Part shown: one piece after another, positions 1 to 7,776 of the stretch | How positions within the stretch are numbered: the first letter of the stretch is position 1 | How the letters are laid out: each line of letters begins with the position of its first letter | NCBI GenBank assembly: GCA_008932965.1 | Contig: WBXG01000027.1 | Coordinates: forward strand, 1-21,952 | Direction of reading: 5' to 3' | Origin: Verrucomicrobiota bacterium | GTDB taxonomy: Bacteria; Verrucomicrobiota; Verrucomicrobiia; Chthoniobacterales; UBA6821 | DNA: 21,952 bases | Position numbers and translations under genes: made by a program | Notes under the pieces: model-generated | The model's database searches: none | What the model was told of the DNA's origin: nothing | What the model saw: the letters and a program-made list of their open reading frames with translations, nothing else

Positions 1-1
1 C

Positions 2-340
2 AAGTTTATCTCCCGTGAACTACGACGAGGAAATCGCTATGATGCCATTATTTTAGACCCTCCTTCCTTTGGTAGAGGTGGAACAGGAGAAATTTGGAAA
101 ATCGAAGATCAACTACTCTCTCTTTTAGAAACATGTAAAAATCTCCTCTCGGAACAACCTCTTTTTCTGATGATGAGCTCTTATTCTGGAAAACTACTTG
201 AAGTGAAACCACTACTTGAAGAAGTTTTTGGAACGCATAGCACTTCTACTATTTCAGAGTTTTTATTAGGACTGAAGGGAACACTAGATGAAAATTTGAT
301 ACCATGCGGAATGACAGGGCGTTTGGAATTCTTAGAATAA
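2..340 (+). CDS. class I SAM-dependent (RNA) methyltransferase, C-terminal part; 5' end lies outside the window
   Basis: Frame 2 is open from the window edge to TAA 338-340. The translation ...RYDAIILDPPSFGRGGTGEIWKIEDQLLSLLE... carries the DPPxF motif typical of RlmI/PF10672-type methyltransferases. It is absent from the ORF track because no start lies in the window. The antisense ORF 181..363 is discounted. Confidence 0.7.
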   Translation, partial: KFISRELRRGNRYDAIILDPPSFGRGGTGEIWKIEDQLLSLLETCKNLLSEQPLFLMMSSYSGKLLEVKPLLEEVFGTHSTSTISEFLLGLKGTLDENLIPCGMTGRLEFLE

Positions 341-380
341 CTGGAAAATAAAATCCTCCACATTACCTACCATCATCTCA

Positions 381-733
381 CTGAGATCTTTTATTCTAAT
401 CGAGCCGAAGAGACCACAAAGGTGGATAAAGTAAAGCAGACGAAGATTCGGGGTCAGGCTGTATGCGGCCACTTCTCGAGGAAGACTTCGAACTTAACCC
501 GCATATTTCATACTGATCGTGACGAGGAAGACGCGAAGGCTGATGTGGCAAGGCAAGCTAGTATTTTAACGCAGGGCTGTATGAGTAGATACTGTCCAAG
601 TCAAAATAGGAGTCTAACGCAGCATCCATCTGACTTACCGGCTTCCGCAGTAGATTGGTATGAAATATGCGGGTTAACGCAGCCTCCATCTGATTTCCCG
701 GCTTCCGCAGCTAATTGCTATGAAATATCCGAG
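381..733 (+). mobile_element. MITE-like TIR element, copy R1 (about 175 bp of its own sequence), interrupted by nested copy R2
   Basis: The degenerate left end CTGAGATCTTTTATTCTAATCG resembles the reverse complement of copy R3, CCCGGATATTTCATTCTAATCG. The internal CGAGGAAGACTTCGA matches copy R4. The right arm CGCAGCCTCCATCTGATTTCCCGGCTTCCGCAGCTAATTGCTATGAAATATCCGAG ends at 733. R1 becomes collinear with R4 once 498-677 is removed. Confidence 0.75.
494..677 (+). mobile_element. MITE-like TIR element, copy R2 (body 498-673, 176 bp) with TTAA at both flanks (494-497 and 674-677)
   Basis: It has a perfect 16-bp terminal inverted repeat, CCCGCATATTTCATAC (498-513) and GTATGAAATATGCGGG (658-673). 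Counting the flanking TTAA the repeat is 20 bp. The copy has no plausible coding capacity of its own. Confidence 0.85.
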
Positions 734-809
734 TGAGAGTCCAAACTTGCTTTTGTAATCGATATTTAGCATTCTCATTGGTCAAACTACTATTTCAACT
801 ATTCTTCCT

Positions 810-1181
810 ATGACCCAAAAAGAAACTACTCATAATCCCGCAGAAAAATTAGAAAGCAGCCAACAACATGCAAAAAAAGCTCTTGAGACAACTACAGCGG
901 CAGCCCGTGAGATTGCTGATTCTGCGCGTTTTGTAGCTCAATCAGCATACCGTGAAAGTAAGAATGAGCTTTCTGCAGCAGCAAGTGATATGAAGCATGC
1001 AGCATGTGCTACCTACTCCTCTCTTGCAGATCAGACATCAGAGGTAGCCAACAAATGGTGTGAGAGAGCAACCGAATTGGAATTAGAACTTAGCGAACAT
1101 GTTCGTGAAAAACCTCTTCAGGCCCTTGGTGTTGCTTTTGGTGTTGGTCTTTTTCTTGGAATTCTACTCAATAGAAAATAG
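810..1181 (+). CDS. DUF883/ElaB-YqjD-like membrane-anchored protein
   Basis: 123 aa. The body is Ala/Glu/Ser-rich and predicted helical. The C-terminal anchor EKPLQALGVAFGVGLFLGILLNRK is typical of the DUF883 family. Confidence 0.6.
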   Translation: MTQKETTHNPAEKLESSQQHAKKALETTTAAAREIADSARFVAQSAYRESKNELSAAASDMKHAACATYSSLADQTSEVANKWCERATELELELSEHVREKPLQALGVAFGVGLFLGILLNRK

Positions 1182-1186
1182 TCCAG

Positions 1187-1367
1187 TCTGGATATTGGAT
1201 ACCTGATTGTAATAAAGAGACAGCAAAGAGTGATGGGGCACCGGCGGTCAGGAGGCCACGAGCGGAACTGCCGGAGACTTCCATTTCCTAAATTCCCCAA
1301 TTCCCCAATTCCTTTAGGCAGCCTTCGCGGTCTCCTCGTCACGATTAGAATGAAATATCCGGGTTAA
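1187..1367 (-). mobile_element. MITE-like TIR element, copy R3, inverted orientation (body about 1187-1363, TTAA 1364-1367)
   Basis: The reverse complement of 1321-1367 is TTAACCCGGATATTTCATTCTAATCGTGACGAGGAGACCGCGAAGGC, which matches the R2 left arm TTAACCCGCATATTTCATACTGATCGTGACGAGGAAGACGCGAAGGC. The other end, GGATATTGGATACC (from 1190), is a degenerate terminus. The interior contains a small CCCCAATT x2 tandem. Confidence 0.75.
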
Positions 1368-1417
1368 CTCTTTTTGATACGCTCAGGAAACTAAAATACC
1401 AGAGTCCCATCATCCTA

Positions 1418-2515
1418 TTATTGAACGGAAAGGGTATTAGCGGCTTCTTGAGGTTTGACTAGAGCGCCTACTTTCACACGATTGATGCCAGAGACAATCA
1501 CACGATCATGTTCCGTGAGTCCTTTTAAAACAGACTGAGAAGATCCTTTGGTGGGCCCTAAGAGGAGATCATTTCGCTCCACAATATTTTTTTTATTTAC
1601 TGTAAAGACAAACTCTCCTGCCTGGTCAGTTTGAATGATAGCATGAGGGATAGTTAATGCTAAAAAGGGCGGTCCAATTGCTACGCGCACAGTAACAAAA
1701 AAACCAGGAATTAAGGCCAAATCTTCATTGGGAAAAATCGCACGTATTTGAACTGTGCCAGTCGAAGTATCAAGACTATTGTTGATAAAATCAAGCACCC
1801 CTCGATGAGGAAATCCCTTTTCATTGGAAAGAGCCACATAGACAGGAAGTGATCCGACCACCTCCTTATTTCCTTGCCCTAATTTCTTAAGAGCTTCCCG
1901 CAGGACAAGTGCATCACTCATATTGATGTTAAAGTTCACATAGACTGGAATGATGGCTTCCAAAGTGACAAGGACGGTAGGACTAGTAGGACTCGATCCA
2001 ACGAGAGCACCGACATCGACTTGATGAGCTCCTAGAAGGCCATCATAAGGAGCTCTTACCTCCGTGTAGTTGAGATTAATCTTTGCTAGTTCTAAATCCG
2101 CTTTTGCTACTTGAACTTGAGAGAGATATTGTTCGACTTCAGCTTGTGAGGTTGCATTTTCTTGGAGCATGGCAAGCTGTCGTTGATATTCAGAGTTATC
2201 ATAATCAAGCGTTGCTTGAGCCCGTTTTACTTTTTCAATATAACTATCTTGCTGGATGACAAAAAGCAGATCTCCTTTCTTAACGCGCTGTCCATCGTTA
2301 AAATTAATCGATTCGAGAAAGCCTTCGACCCGTGCCACAAGGTTGATTTGTTGTGTAGCAGCAATAGTTCCCGTATTGTCATCGTAGTGAGTGACCATCT
2401 CTTTAAAAGGATGAGCAACGATGACTTCTGGCACTTGATTCTGAATCTTGTTTTTTTTACTGCATGCACTGAACACAAGGCCTAGGAAGAATATTAAAAA
2501 AAGCGGATATTTCAT
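1418..2515 (-). CDS. efflux RND-type periplasmic adaptor subunit (HlyD/membrane-fusion family) lipoprotein
   Basis: 365 aa. It has a signal peptide with Cys (LVFSAC), a biotinyl/lipoyl-like hairpin region (VEGFLESINFNDGQRVKKGDLLFVIQQ) and a coiled-coil segment (LELAKINLNYTEVRAPYDG). Its start codon lies 2 nt after the stop of the upstream OMF gene. Confidence 0.85.
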   Translation of the reverse strand: MKYPLFLIFFLGLVFSACSKKNKIQNQVPEVIVAHPFKEMVTHYDDNTGTIAATQQINLVARVEGFLESINFNDGQRVKKGDLLFVIQQDSYIEKVKRAQATLDYDNSEYQRQLAMLQENATSQAEVEQYLSQVQVAKADLELAKINLNYTEVRAPYDGLLGAHQVDVGALVGSSPTSPTVLVTLEAIIPVYVNFNINMSDALVLREALKKLGQGNKEVVGSLPVYVALSNEKGFPHRGVLDFINNSLDTSTGTVQIRAIFPNEDLALIPGFFVTVRVAIGPPFLALTIPHAIIQTDQAGEFVFTVNKKNIVERNDLLLGPTKGSSQSVLKGLTEHDRVIVSGINRVKVGALVKPQEAANTLSVQ

Positions 2516-2517
2516 AA

Positions 2518-4176
2518 TTATTTATTGATATTAATGAGATTCCAAATTGGACGATTTTTTGGAACAGCATCTGCAGGACGATCTTCTGGAGAGACTTGAG
2601 GAAGATGGTTTTTTTCAGCAAGCATTCGCCCCCAATTCGTACGATCTGACATTTCTTTTTTTACCTTTGCTGAAATAACATCATTTCCATTTCGCATTTG
2701 CCAACCTCCTCCTAAAGCACGGTAAGTAGAAACGACACCGGCAACAGTACTTCCTTGCTCTGAAACATAGGAACTTTCAACAGAAAGTTGTTGTTGTTGA
2801 GCTGTTAGTACGGTTGTGTAAATAGCCTGCCCTTGAAGATAACGGATCATTGCTAGTTTCGTAGATTGTTTGGCAGCTTTCACAGCATCTGCTAAAAAAC
2901 ACATACTTTCACGTCCGTGGTAATAGGCAGAGAGCCCATTCTCAACCTCTTTTTGTGCATTAAGGACCGTGTTCTGATATTTTAAAATGGCCTCTTGAAA
3001 GGAAGCATCTGCCACCCTCACTTGATTCTCGAGGCGTCCATAATTAAAAATAGGCATTGTAAAGCCGCTAGCAGCATTGACCAAAGAGTTCTGCCAATTA
3101 AAAATATTGGTGAGTTGTTGCGATGCGATATCGCTGGAAGTAGCACCAAAAGAACCTGAAAGTGAAAACGCAGGGAGTAAATTCGTAATTTGAACTCCAA
3201 TAAGAGCACATTTAGAGGCTGCTGAAAAGCCAGCCTGGCGAACATCAGGACGTCGTCGCAAAAGATCATTGGGAATACCTGCTGTGAGCGACGAAGGAAC
3301 AGAAGGGATTTTCCCAGGTTTGAGTAAAGCATCAACTCCACTCGGCGGCATGCCTAAGAGAACAGCAAGAGCATTTTTACTCTGTTGCAGGCTATTTTCA
3401 AGTTGTGGTATTTGAGATTCAGTAGTGGAAAGTTCTGTTTGAGCTTGAGTTACATCTAAAAGGCTAACCTGACCACCATGAAAGCGGGCTGTTGCAATTC
3501 GAAGACTTTCTTGCTGCAGCTTGATGTTTTCATTGGTAATACGAATCTGTTCTTCATAGGTGCGAATGGAAACATAGTTTTGAGCAACATCTCCAATGAG
3601 TGAAACCAACGCATCGTCATAAGAGGCGACAGAAGCGAGGTAGCTGTTTTTATCAGATTCAATCTGACGCCGATACTTACCCCAAAGATCAATTTCCCAT
3701 GAAGAACTGAAAAAATATTGATTGGAAACAATAAAAGGGTTGATAGAAGTTGAATTATTGGTGCCTGAAATGGTATTGAGCAGTGCATTAGCTGTTCCAT
3801 TTTGACTAAAACTACTCGATTGCGGAATATAGCTATAGTTATAAGAACCTGAAACACCTTGCTGCTGCGGCAAAAGATTCCCAATAGAACGATTTAACAA
3901 GGCACGCTCTTTCAAAATACTAACCCCAATTGATTGAAGATTGGGATTATGCTCGTAGGCAATTTCTATGAGCTCTACCAAGGTAGGATCATTAAAGTTC
4001 TTCCACCAAAAAACTTCAGCCTCCCCATACGGCTTACTGGAAACAGCTTTATGTTCTACCCAATTTTTTTCTACCTTTGAGGAGGGTACTGAATAATTTG
4101 GACCAACCATGCACCCAGGAAGAATCCACAACAGCAATGCAATAGGGAAAATATTGAGTAAATTTGGTTTTTGCAT
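2518..4176 (-). CDS. efflux transporter outer-membrane factor lipoprotein, NodT family
   Basis: 552 aa. It has the lipobox LPGC followed by MVGPNY, two TolC-like repeats, and YRALGGGW near the C-terminus followed by a tail of about 60 aa. Confidence 0.9.
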   Translation of the reverse strand: MQKPNLLNIFPIALLLWILPGCMVGPNYSVPSSKVEKNWVEHKAVSSKPYGEAEVFWWKNFNDPTLVELIEIAYEHNPNLQSIGVSILKERALLNRSIGNLLPQQQGVSGSYNYSYIPQSSSFSQNGTANALLNTISGTNNSTSINPFIVSNQYFFSSSWEIDLWGKYRRQIESDKNSYLASVASYDDALVSLIGDVAQNYVSIRTYEEQIRITNENIKLQQESLRIATARFHGGQVSLLDVTQAQTELSTTESQIPQLENSLQQSKNALAVLLGMPPSGVDALLKPGKIPSVPSSLTAGIPNDLLRRRPDVRQAGFSAASKCALIGVQITNLLPAFSLSGSFGATSSDIASQQLTNIFNWQNSLVNAASGFTMPIFNYGRLENQVRVADASFQEAILKYQNTVLNAQKEVENGLSAYYHGRESMCFLADAVKAAKQSTKLAMIRYLQGQAIYTTVLTAQQQQLSVESSYVSEQGSTVAGVVSTYRALGGGWQMRNGNDVISAKVKKEMSDRTNWGRMLAEKNHLPQVSPEDRPADAVPKNRPIWNLININK

Positions 4177-4188
4177 TGGTAAGGAAAG

Positions 4189-5424
4189 CTAATAACAAGA
4201 CTTACAATTATCAACTATAAGGTCTTTTTGGTGGGACTCTCCGCGCAGCTCTAAAAGCCGCATCATCACCTCTTCAATTAAATTATTAGGGCAAGAGGCT
4301 CCAGCTGTGATCCCTATTGAAAGGGACTCTTGAGGTGATTTTATCATCCAGTTACTATCGAGAATAACCTCCTGATGATGATGAAAATCATAGTGCCTTA
4401 ATCGTGTTAAACTCTCCAAGCAGCGTTGATTCCGGATAAAGAAGGTGGGGAGTTTTTTTTCTCCTATTTCAGCAAGGTGTGTTGTGTTGGAACTATTATA
4501 TCCCCCAACCACCAATAAAAAATCGAGAGGACGCTCTAACAAATCTAGAAGAGCTTCTTGCCGTTCTTGAGTAGCTCCACAAATCGTATCAAAAAAACGA
4601 AAGTTTTTTGTATTTCCATCACGTTGTTGAATTGCTGAGCGAAGACGTCGTTGGACCTCCTCTGTCTCGGCACGAAGCATCGTGGTCTGATTAGCAACCC
4701 CTAAGGAGTTTAAATGAATGTCTGGATCAAAGCCCTCTGACATCGCTCCTTGAAATTTATTTAAAAATTCCTCCCGATCTCCTCCCTCAATGAGGTACTG
4801 AGCCACAAAATCGGTCTCCTCTAAGTTGAGCACAATAAGGTAATGTCCTTTTCCTACCCCAAGAGCGCGGGAGGCAGTAGCTTTGGTCTCTTCATGGGAG
4901 GCTTTTCCATGAATGATGGAGGTGACCTCTTCCAATGCATTTTGTTTTACTCTCTTCCAAACGCTCATCACATCCCCACAAGTCGTATCTACAATGCGAG
5001 CACCACGAGCTTTGATTTTTTCAAGTGTGGTGATTTCGGTACCAAAAGCAGGGAGAATCACTACATCATCAGGTTGCAAACGATCGATAGCAGTAGTGGC
5101 ACCCCCTTCTAAAAGATTTTGAATTCCAAGGGCTGCAATCTGAGCATTTACTTCGGGATTATGAATAATTTCACCTACTAAAAAAAGACGCTCGTTGGGA
5201 AAGACTTTTCGTGCCGCATAGGCGAGATCAATAGCTCTTTCTACTCCATAGCAAAATCCAAATTGTTTTGCTAAATAGAAATGAGTCTTACCCATGGAAA
5301 AATAACCACCCTCAGAGCGGACTTTTTCAACAAGAGAACTACGGTAATGCTGCTCCACCTTGGCTTGAACCTCAAGCATCACTTCAGGTGTACGTAAGTT
5401 GATGCGTTGAGACGAGGAAGGCAT
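4189..5424 (-). CDS. ispH: 4-hydroxy-3-methylbut-2-enyl diphosphate reductase, long (cyanobacterial/plant-like) form
   Basis: 411 aa. It carries the FGFCYGVERA first-Cys motif, EIIHNPEVN, TTCGDVMSVW and ITAGASCP. Confidence 0.9.
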   Translation of the reverse strand: MPSSSQRINLRTPEVMLEVQAKVEQHYRSSLVEKVRSEGGYFSMGKTHFYLAKQFGFCYGVERAIDLAYAARKVFPNERLFLVGEIIHNPEVNAQIAALGIQNLLEGGATTAIDRLQPDDVVILPAFGTEITTLEKIKARGARIVDTTCGDVMSVWKRVKQNALEEVTSIIHGKASHEETKATASRALGVGKGHYLIVLNLEETDFVAQYLIEGGDREEFLNKFQGAMSEGFDPDIHLNSLGVANQTTMLRAETEEVQRRLRSAIQQRDGNTKNFRFFDTICGATQERQEALLDLLERPLDFLLVVGGYNSSNTTHLAEIGEKKLPTFFIRNQRCLESLTRLRHYDFHHHQEVILDSNWMIKSPQESLSIGITAGASCPNNLIEEVMMRLLELRGESHQKDLIVDNCKSCY

Positions 5425-5457
5425 GAAGTAATGAGTGAGAGAGTTACGTTCTACCCA

Positions 5458-6108
5458 TCACTCTTTAAAAATAACTTTCTTCAATTGCTCAAAATAGTGA
5501 GGAGAAACTAATACAGGAGCTGGCTGATCAGGACTATTATAGTCAGTAGGACGTTTGAATTTAGTTCCTAATACAGCATCCTCAGGTTGCGTTAATGCAA
5601 TCTTTATTGGAGTTCCAACTTTAACGAGCTCGTAGAATTTACCAGCATCATTGGAATGAATACGAATGCATCCATGACTTCTTGGGATAGGCCAAACCCA
5701 ACCTTGATGGAATCCGTATCCTGGAGCAAATTCAACCCAGTAGGGCATTGGATACCCCACATAACGTCCCGACCCATGACCTGCTTCAACTGGAGTGATC
5801 TGGTTATGAAAAAGTGAAAAACCATAGCTTCCAGAGCGTTTATTACGCTCCTTACGAGTGACCTCAAAGTTTCCTTTCGGTGTTGGCCTACTTGGAATAC
5901 CCACACAACAAGCAGTAACAAGAAGAGGACGCTTTCCCTCCATGACATAAATCATCTGCTTTTGAAGTGAAACCTTAACTACTACCTTGGAGGTATCATG
6001 CGGCTTGTAGGCTGGTTGATCATAAGGGGCATTGAGATGTGCACAGCTACTTAAAAAAAGAACACCAAGAAGAGAAAAAAGAAGTGAAAGACTTTTTAAT
6101 AATCGCAT
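5458..6108 (-). CDS. L,D-transpeptidase (YkuD domain) lipoprotein
   Basis: 216 aa. It has the lipobox LSSC and the catalytic motif HQGWVWPIPRSHGCIRIHSNDAGKFYELV (His...Cys of the YkuD fold). Confidence 0.85.
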   Translation of the reverse strand: MRLLKSLSLLFSLLGVLFLSSCAHLNAPYDQPAYKPHDTSKVVVKVSLQKQMIYVMEGKRPLLVTACCVGIPSRPTPKGNFEVTRKERNKRSGSYGFSLFHNQITPVEAGHGSGRYVGYPMPYWVEFAPGYGFHQGWVWPIPRSHGCIRIHSNDAGKFYELVKVGTPIKIALTQPEDAVLGTKFKRPTDYNSPDQPAPVLVSPHYFEQLKKVIFKE

Positions 6109-6206
6109 CGTAATAGTTTAATAAATTAAGAGGTAATCGCAAGACTTGTTCATTCTATCAATTATTTCTTTTTCATTCCTTTTTAAATAAAATAGAGTGT
6201 GCAGCT

Positions 6207-6671
6207 ATGCATCGTGCTAAAAAAATGACCCCCTACTATGAAAAGAGCACTGGCATTGCAGAAGTGGAGGCTATCTACAAAGAGCTTGAATCTCGGCCTA
6301 TTGAGCGTCAGTGCACCTTAAACACGGGGTGTTGCCACTTCCTTCAAACAGGAGAGACTCCCTTTCTGACCCGTGGAGAGGCCCTTGTTGCTGCCAAATC
6401 AGTTCGTAATACTGGACGCAAGGAACTCCCCAAAAGAACGGATGGGGCCTGTAAACTCCTTCACCCTAGAACATCTCGCTGCCTCATTTATGAAGGACGT
6501 CCCTTTGGATGCCGGACCCATTTTTGCCAATCTGCTGGTGGCCCCTATGCTCGCAAGGAAGTGGTTGACCTCATCCATCGCTTAGAAGAAATCGATCGAA
6601 AGCTTGATGGTACAGGTTCCAAGGAACTTCATGAAGCCATTGAAGAGGTATTGAAGGAACAACGTTATTAA
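6207..6671 (+). CDS. YkgJ-family (UPF0153, CxxCxxCC) zinc/iron-chelating Cys-cluster protein
   Basis: 154 aa. It contains QCTLNTGCCHF and CKLLHPRTSRCLIYEGRPFGCRTHFC, the pattern typical of PF03692. The start could instead be the second Met, 6 codons in. Confidence 0.6.
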   Translation: MHRAKKMTPYYEKSTGIAEVEAIYKELESRPIERQCTLNTGCCHFLQTGETPFLTRGEALVAAKSVRNTGRKELPKRTDGACKLLHPRTSRCLIYEGRPFGCRTHFCQSAGGPYARKEVVDLIHRLEEIDRKLDGTGSKELHEAIEEVLKEQRY

Positions 6672-6718
6672 TTGCAAAGTGAAACTTTATAGTCAAATAA
6701 CGTACCCCTGAAAGGCAG

Positions 6719-7537
6719 TTGACTCTATTTTCATTTTTTATGTCCAACTATTCCAACTCGACTCTCCTTATTATTGGGCATGGCTCTACTACTAATGAGG
6801 ACTCTTCAGAGCCCACACAACTCCATGCAGACGAGCTTCGAAAGCGTGCTCTTTTTAAAGAAGTCCGTACGGCTTTTTGGAAGGAAGAGCCCTCCATGAG
6901 GGAGGTTCTTTATGGAATAACAACTCCAGAAGTTTACATCGTTCCCAATTTCATTAGCGAAGGATATTTCACTCAGAAAGTGATTCCTCGGGAATTAGAG
7001 CTTACTGGAAAAATCACATTACGTGATACACAACGTCTTTATTATTGCGATCCTGTAGGAACTCATCCTTCCATGACAGAAGTGATTTTAAAAAGAGCTC
7101 AGGAAACCGCTCCAAATGTACCTCTAGAGAAGACCACTCTTTTTATTGTAGGACATGGCACCAATCTTGATGCCAATTCAGCCAAAGCCGCAAGAGATCA
7201 AGTTGCTCACATTAAAAAAATGAATCTCTACGGCGAAGTCCTCTCTGCCTACATGGAAGAGCCACCACTTATTAATGATTGGTGGACAATGGCAACACAA
7301 CCTCATGTGATGGTCGTTCCTTTTTTTATTAGCGACGGACTTCACAGCTACCAAGATATTCCGGTTCTTCTAGGTATTGAAAAAGAGACTGGCCCTGCAG
7401 CGAGTCAATCCGAGGTCTTTCGCCGTAACCCCTACCACCTCCATGGAAAAACTCTCTATTACACCAGCTCCATTGGGACAGAACCGATGATGGTAAAGGT
7501 GATTTTGGATCAGGTTGCAGCGTTTAATACTTATTAA
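6719..7537 (+). CDS. CbiX/SirB-type sirohydrochlorin chelatase, two-domain form
   Basis: There are two repeats of the CbiX fold, each starting with an I(I/V)GHG motif (LLIIGHGSTT and LFIVGHGTNL). The ORF track uses TTG 6719, but ATG 6740 (MSNYSN...) is the more likely start. The stop TAA 7535-7537 lies inside the TTAA flank of MITE R4. Confidence 0.6.
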   Translation: MTLFSFFMSNYSNSTLLIIGHGSTTNEDSSEPTQLHADELRKRALFKEVRTAFWKEEPSMREVLYGITTPEVYIVPNFISEGYFTQKVIPRELELTGKITLRDTQRLYYCDPVGTHPSMTEVILKRAQETAPNVPLEKTTLFIVGHGTNLDANSAKAARDQVAHIKKMNLYGEVLSAYMEEPPLINDWWTMATQPHVMVVPFFISDGLHSYQDIPVLLGIEKETGPAASQSEVFRRNPYHLHGKTLYYTSSIGTEPMMVKVILDQVAAFNTY

Positions 7538-7716
7538 CACGGATATTTCATACTGGTTCGTTGCGAGGCGCCGCTAATCCTGATGCAGAGGAGGTAGGTG
7601 ATAGATTGAGACGACGGCTGTATGTTTCATACTGCCCGAGGAAGACTTCGAGATCAAAGCAGCATCTATCCGACTTCCCCATCTTCACAGGTGATTAGGG
7701 TGAAATATCCAGGTAA
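7534..7716 (+). mobile_element. MITE-like TIR element, copy R4 (body 7538-7713, 176 bp)
   Basis: The left flank and terminus read TTAA|CACGGATATTTCATACTGG. The right terminus reads GGTGAAATATCCAGG|TAAG. An internal third copy of the core is present (CTGTATGTTTCATACTGCCCGAGG). It is closely related to R5. Confidence 0.85.
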
Positions 7717-7736
7717 GAGCTTAGTTTAATATCACG

Positions 7737-7763
7737 AATTCTCGGAATGTTGTTCCGAATTTT
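7737..7763. repeat. small hairpin/palindrome AATTC-TCGGAA-tgttg-TTCCGA-ATTTT, just 3' of the AAA-ATPase gene
   Basis: It has 6-bp arms (7742-7747 and 7753-7758) and a 5-nt loop. It shares TCCGAATT with the palindrome at 8977-9001. No U-tract follows on the minus-strand RNA, so it is not a canonical intrinsic terminator. Confidence 0.35.
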
Positions 7764-7776
7764 CCTACTAGTTTCC

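Noticed and set aside
616-735. A 60-bp periodic repetition (616-675 versus 676-735, and the termini spaced 60 bp apart at 16341 and 16401), considered as a CRISPR array or simple tandem repeat
   Set aside because: There are only two units and no unique spacers. The units are the right arms of two different element copies brought together by nested insertion at a TTAA. The upstream sequence 381-497 continues the outer copy.
422-736. The 104-aa ORF in the track (MDKVKQTKIRGQ...NCYEISE), considered as a protein-coding gene
   Set aside because: It is composed entirely of MITE copies R1 and R2 read in the family's open phase. It has no independent start context or domain, so it is best explained as a by-product of the repeat.
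1118-1342. The 74-aa minus-strand ORF (MTRRPRRLPKGIG...)
   Set aside because: It lies across MITE R3 and overlaps the 3' end of the DUF883 gene. It has an Arg/Pro-rich composition typical of a spurious reading of the repeat.
2162-5122. Track ORFs antisense to or overlapping the adaptor, OMF and ispH genes (2162..2485, 2227..2478, 3018..3341, 3456..3884, 4843..5112, 4913..5122)
   Set aside because: All lie inside long ORFs that have clear family motifs, and their own translations are low-complexity with no recognisable motifs.
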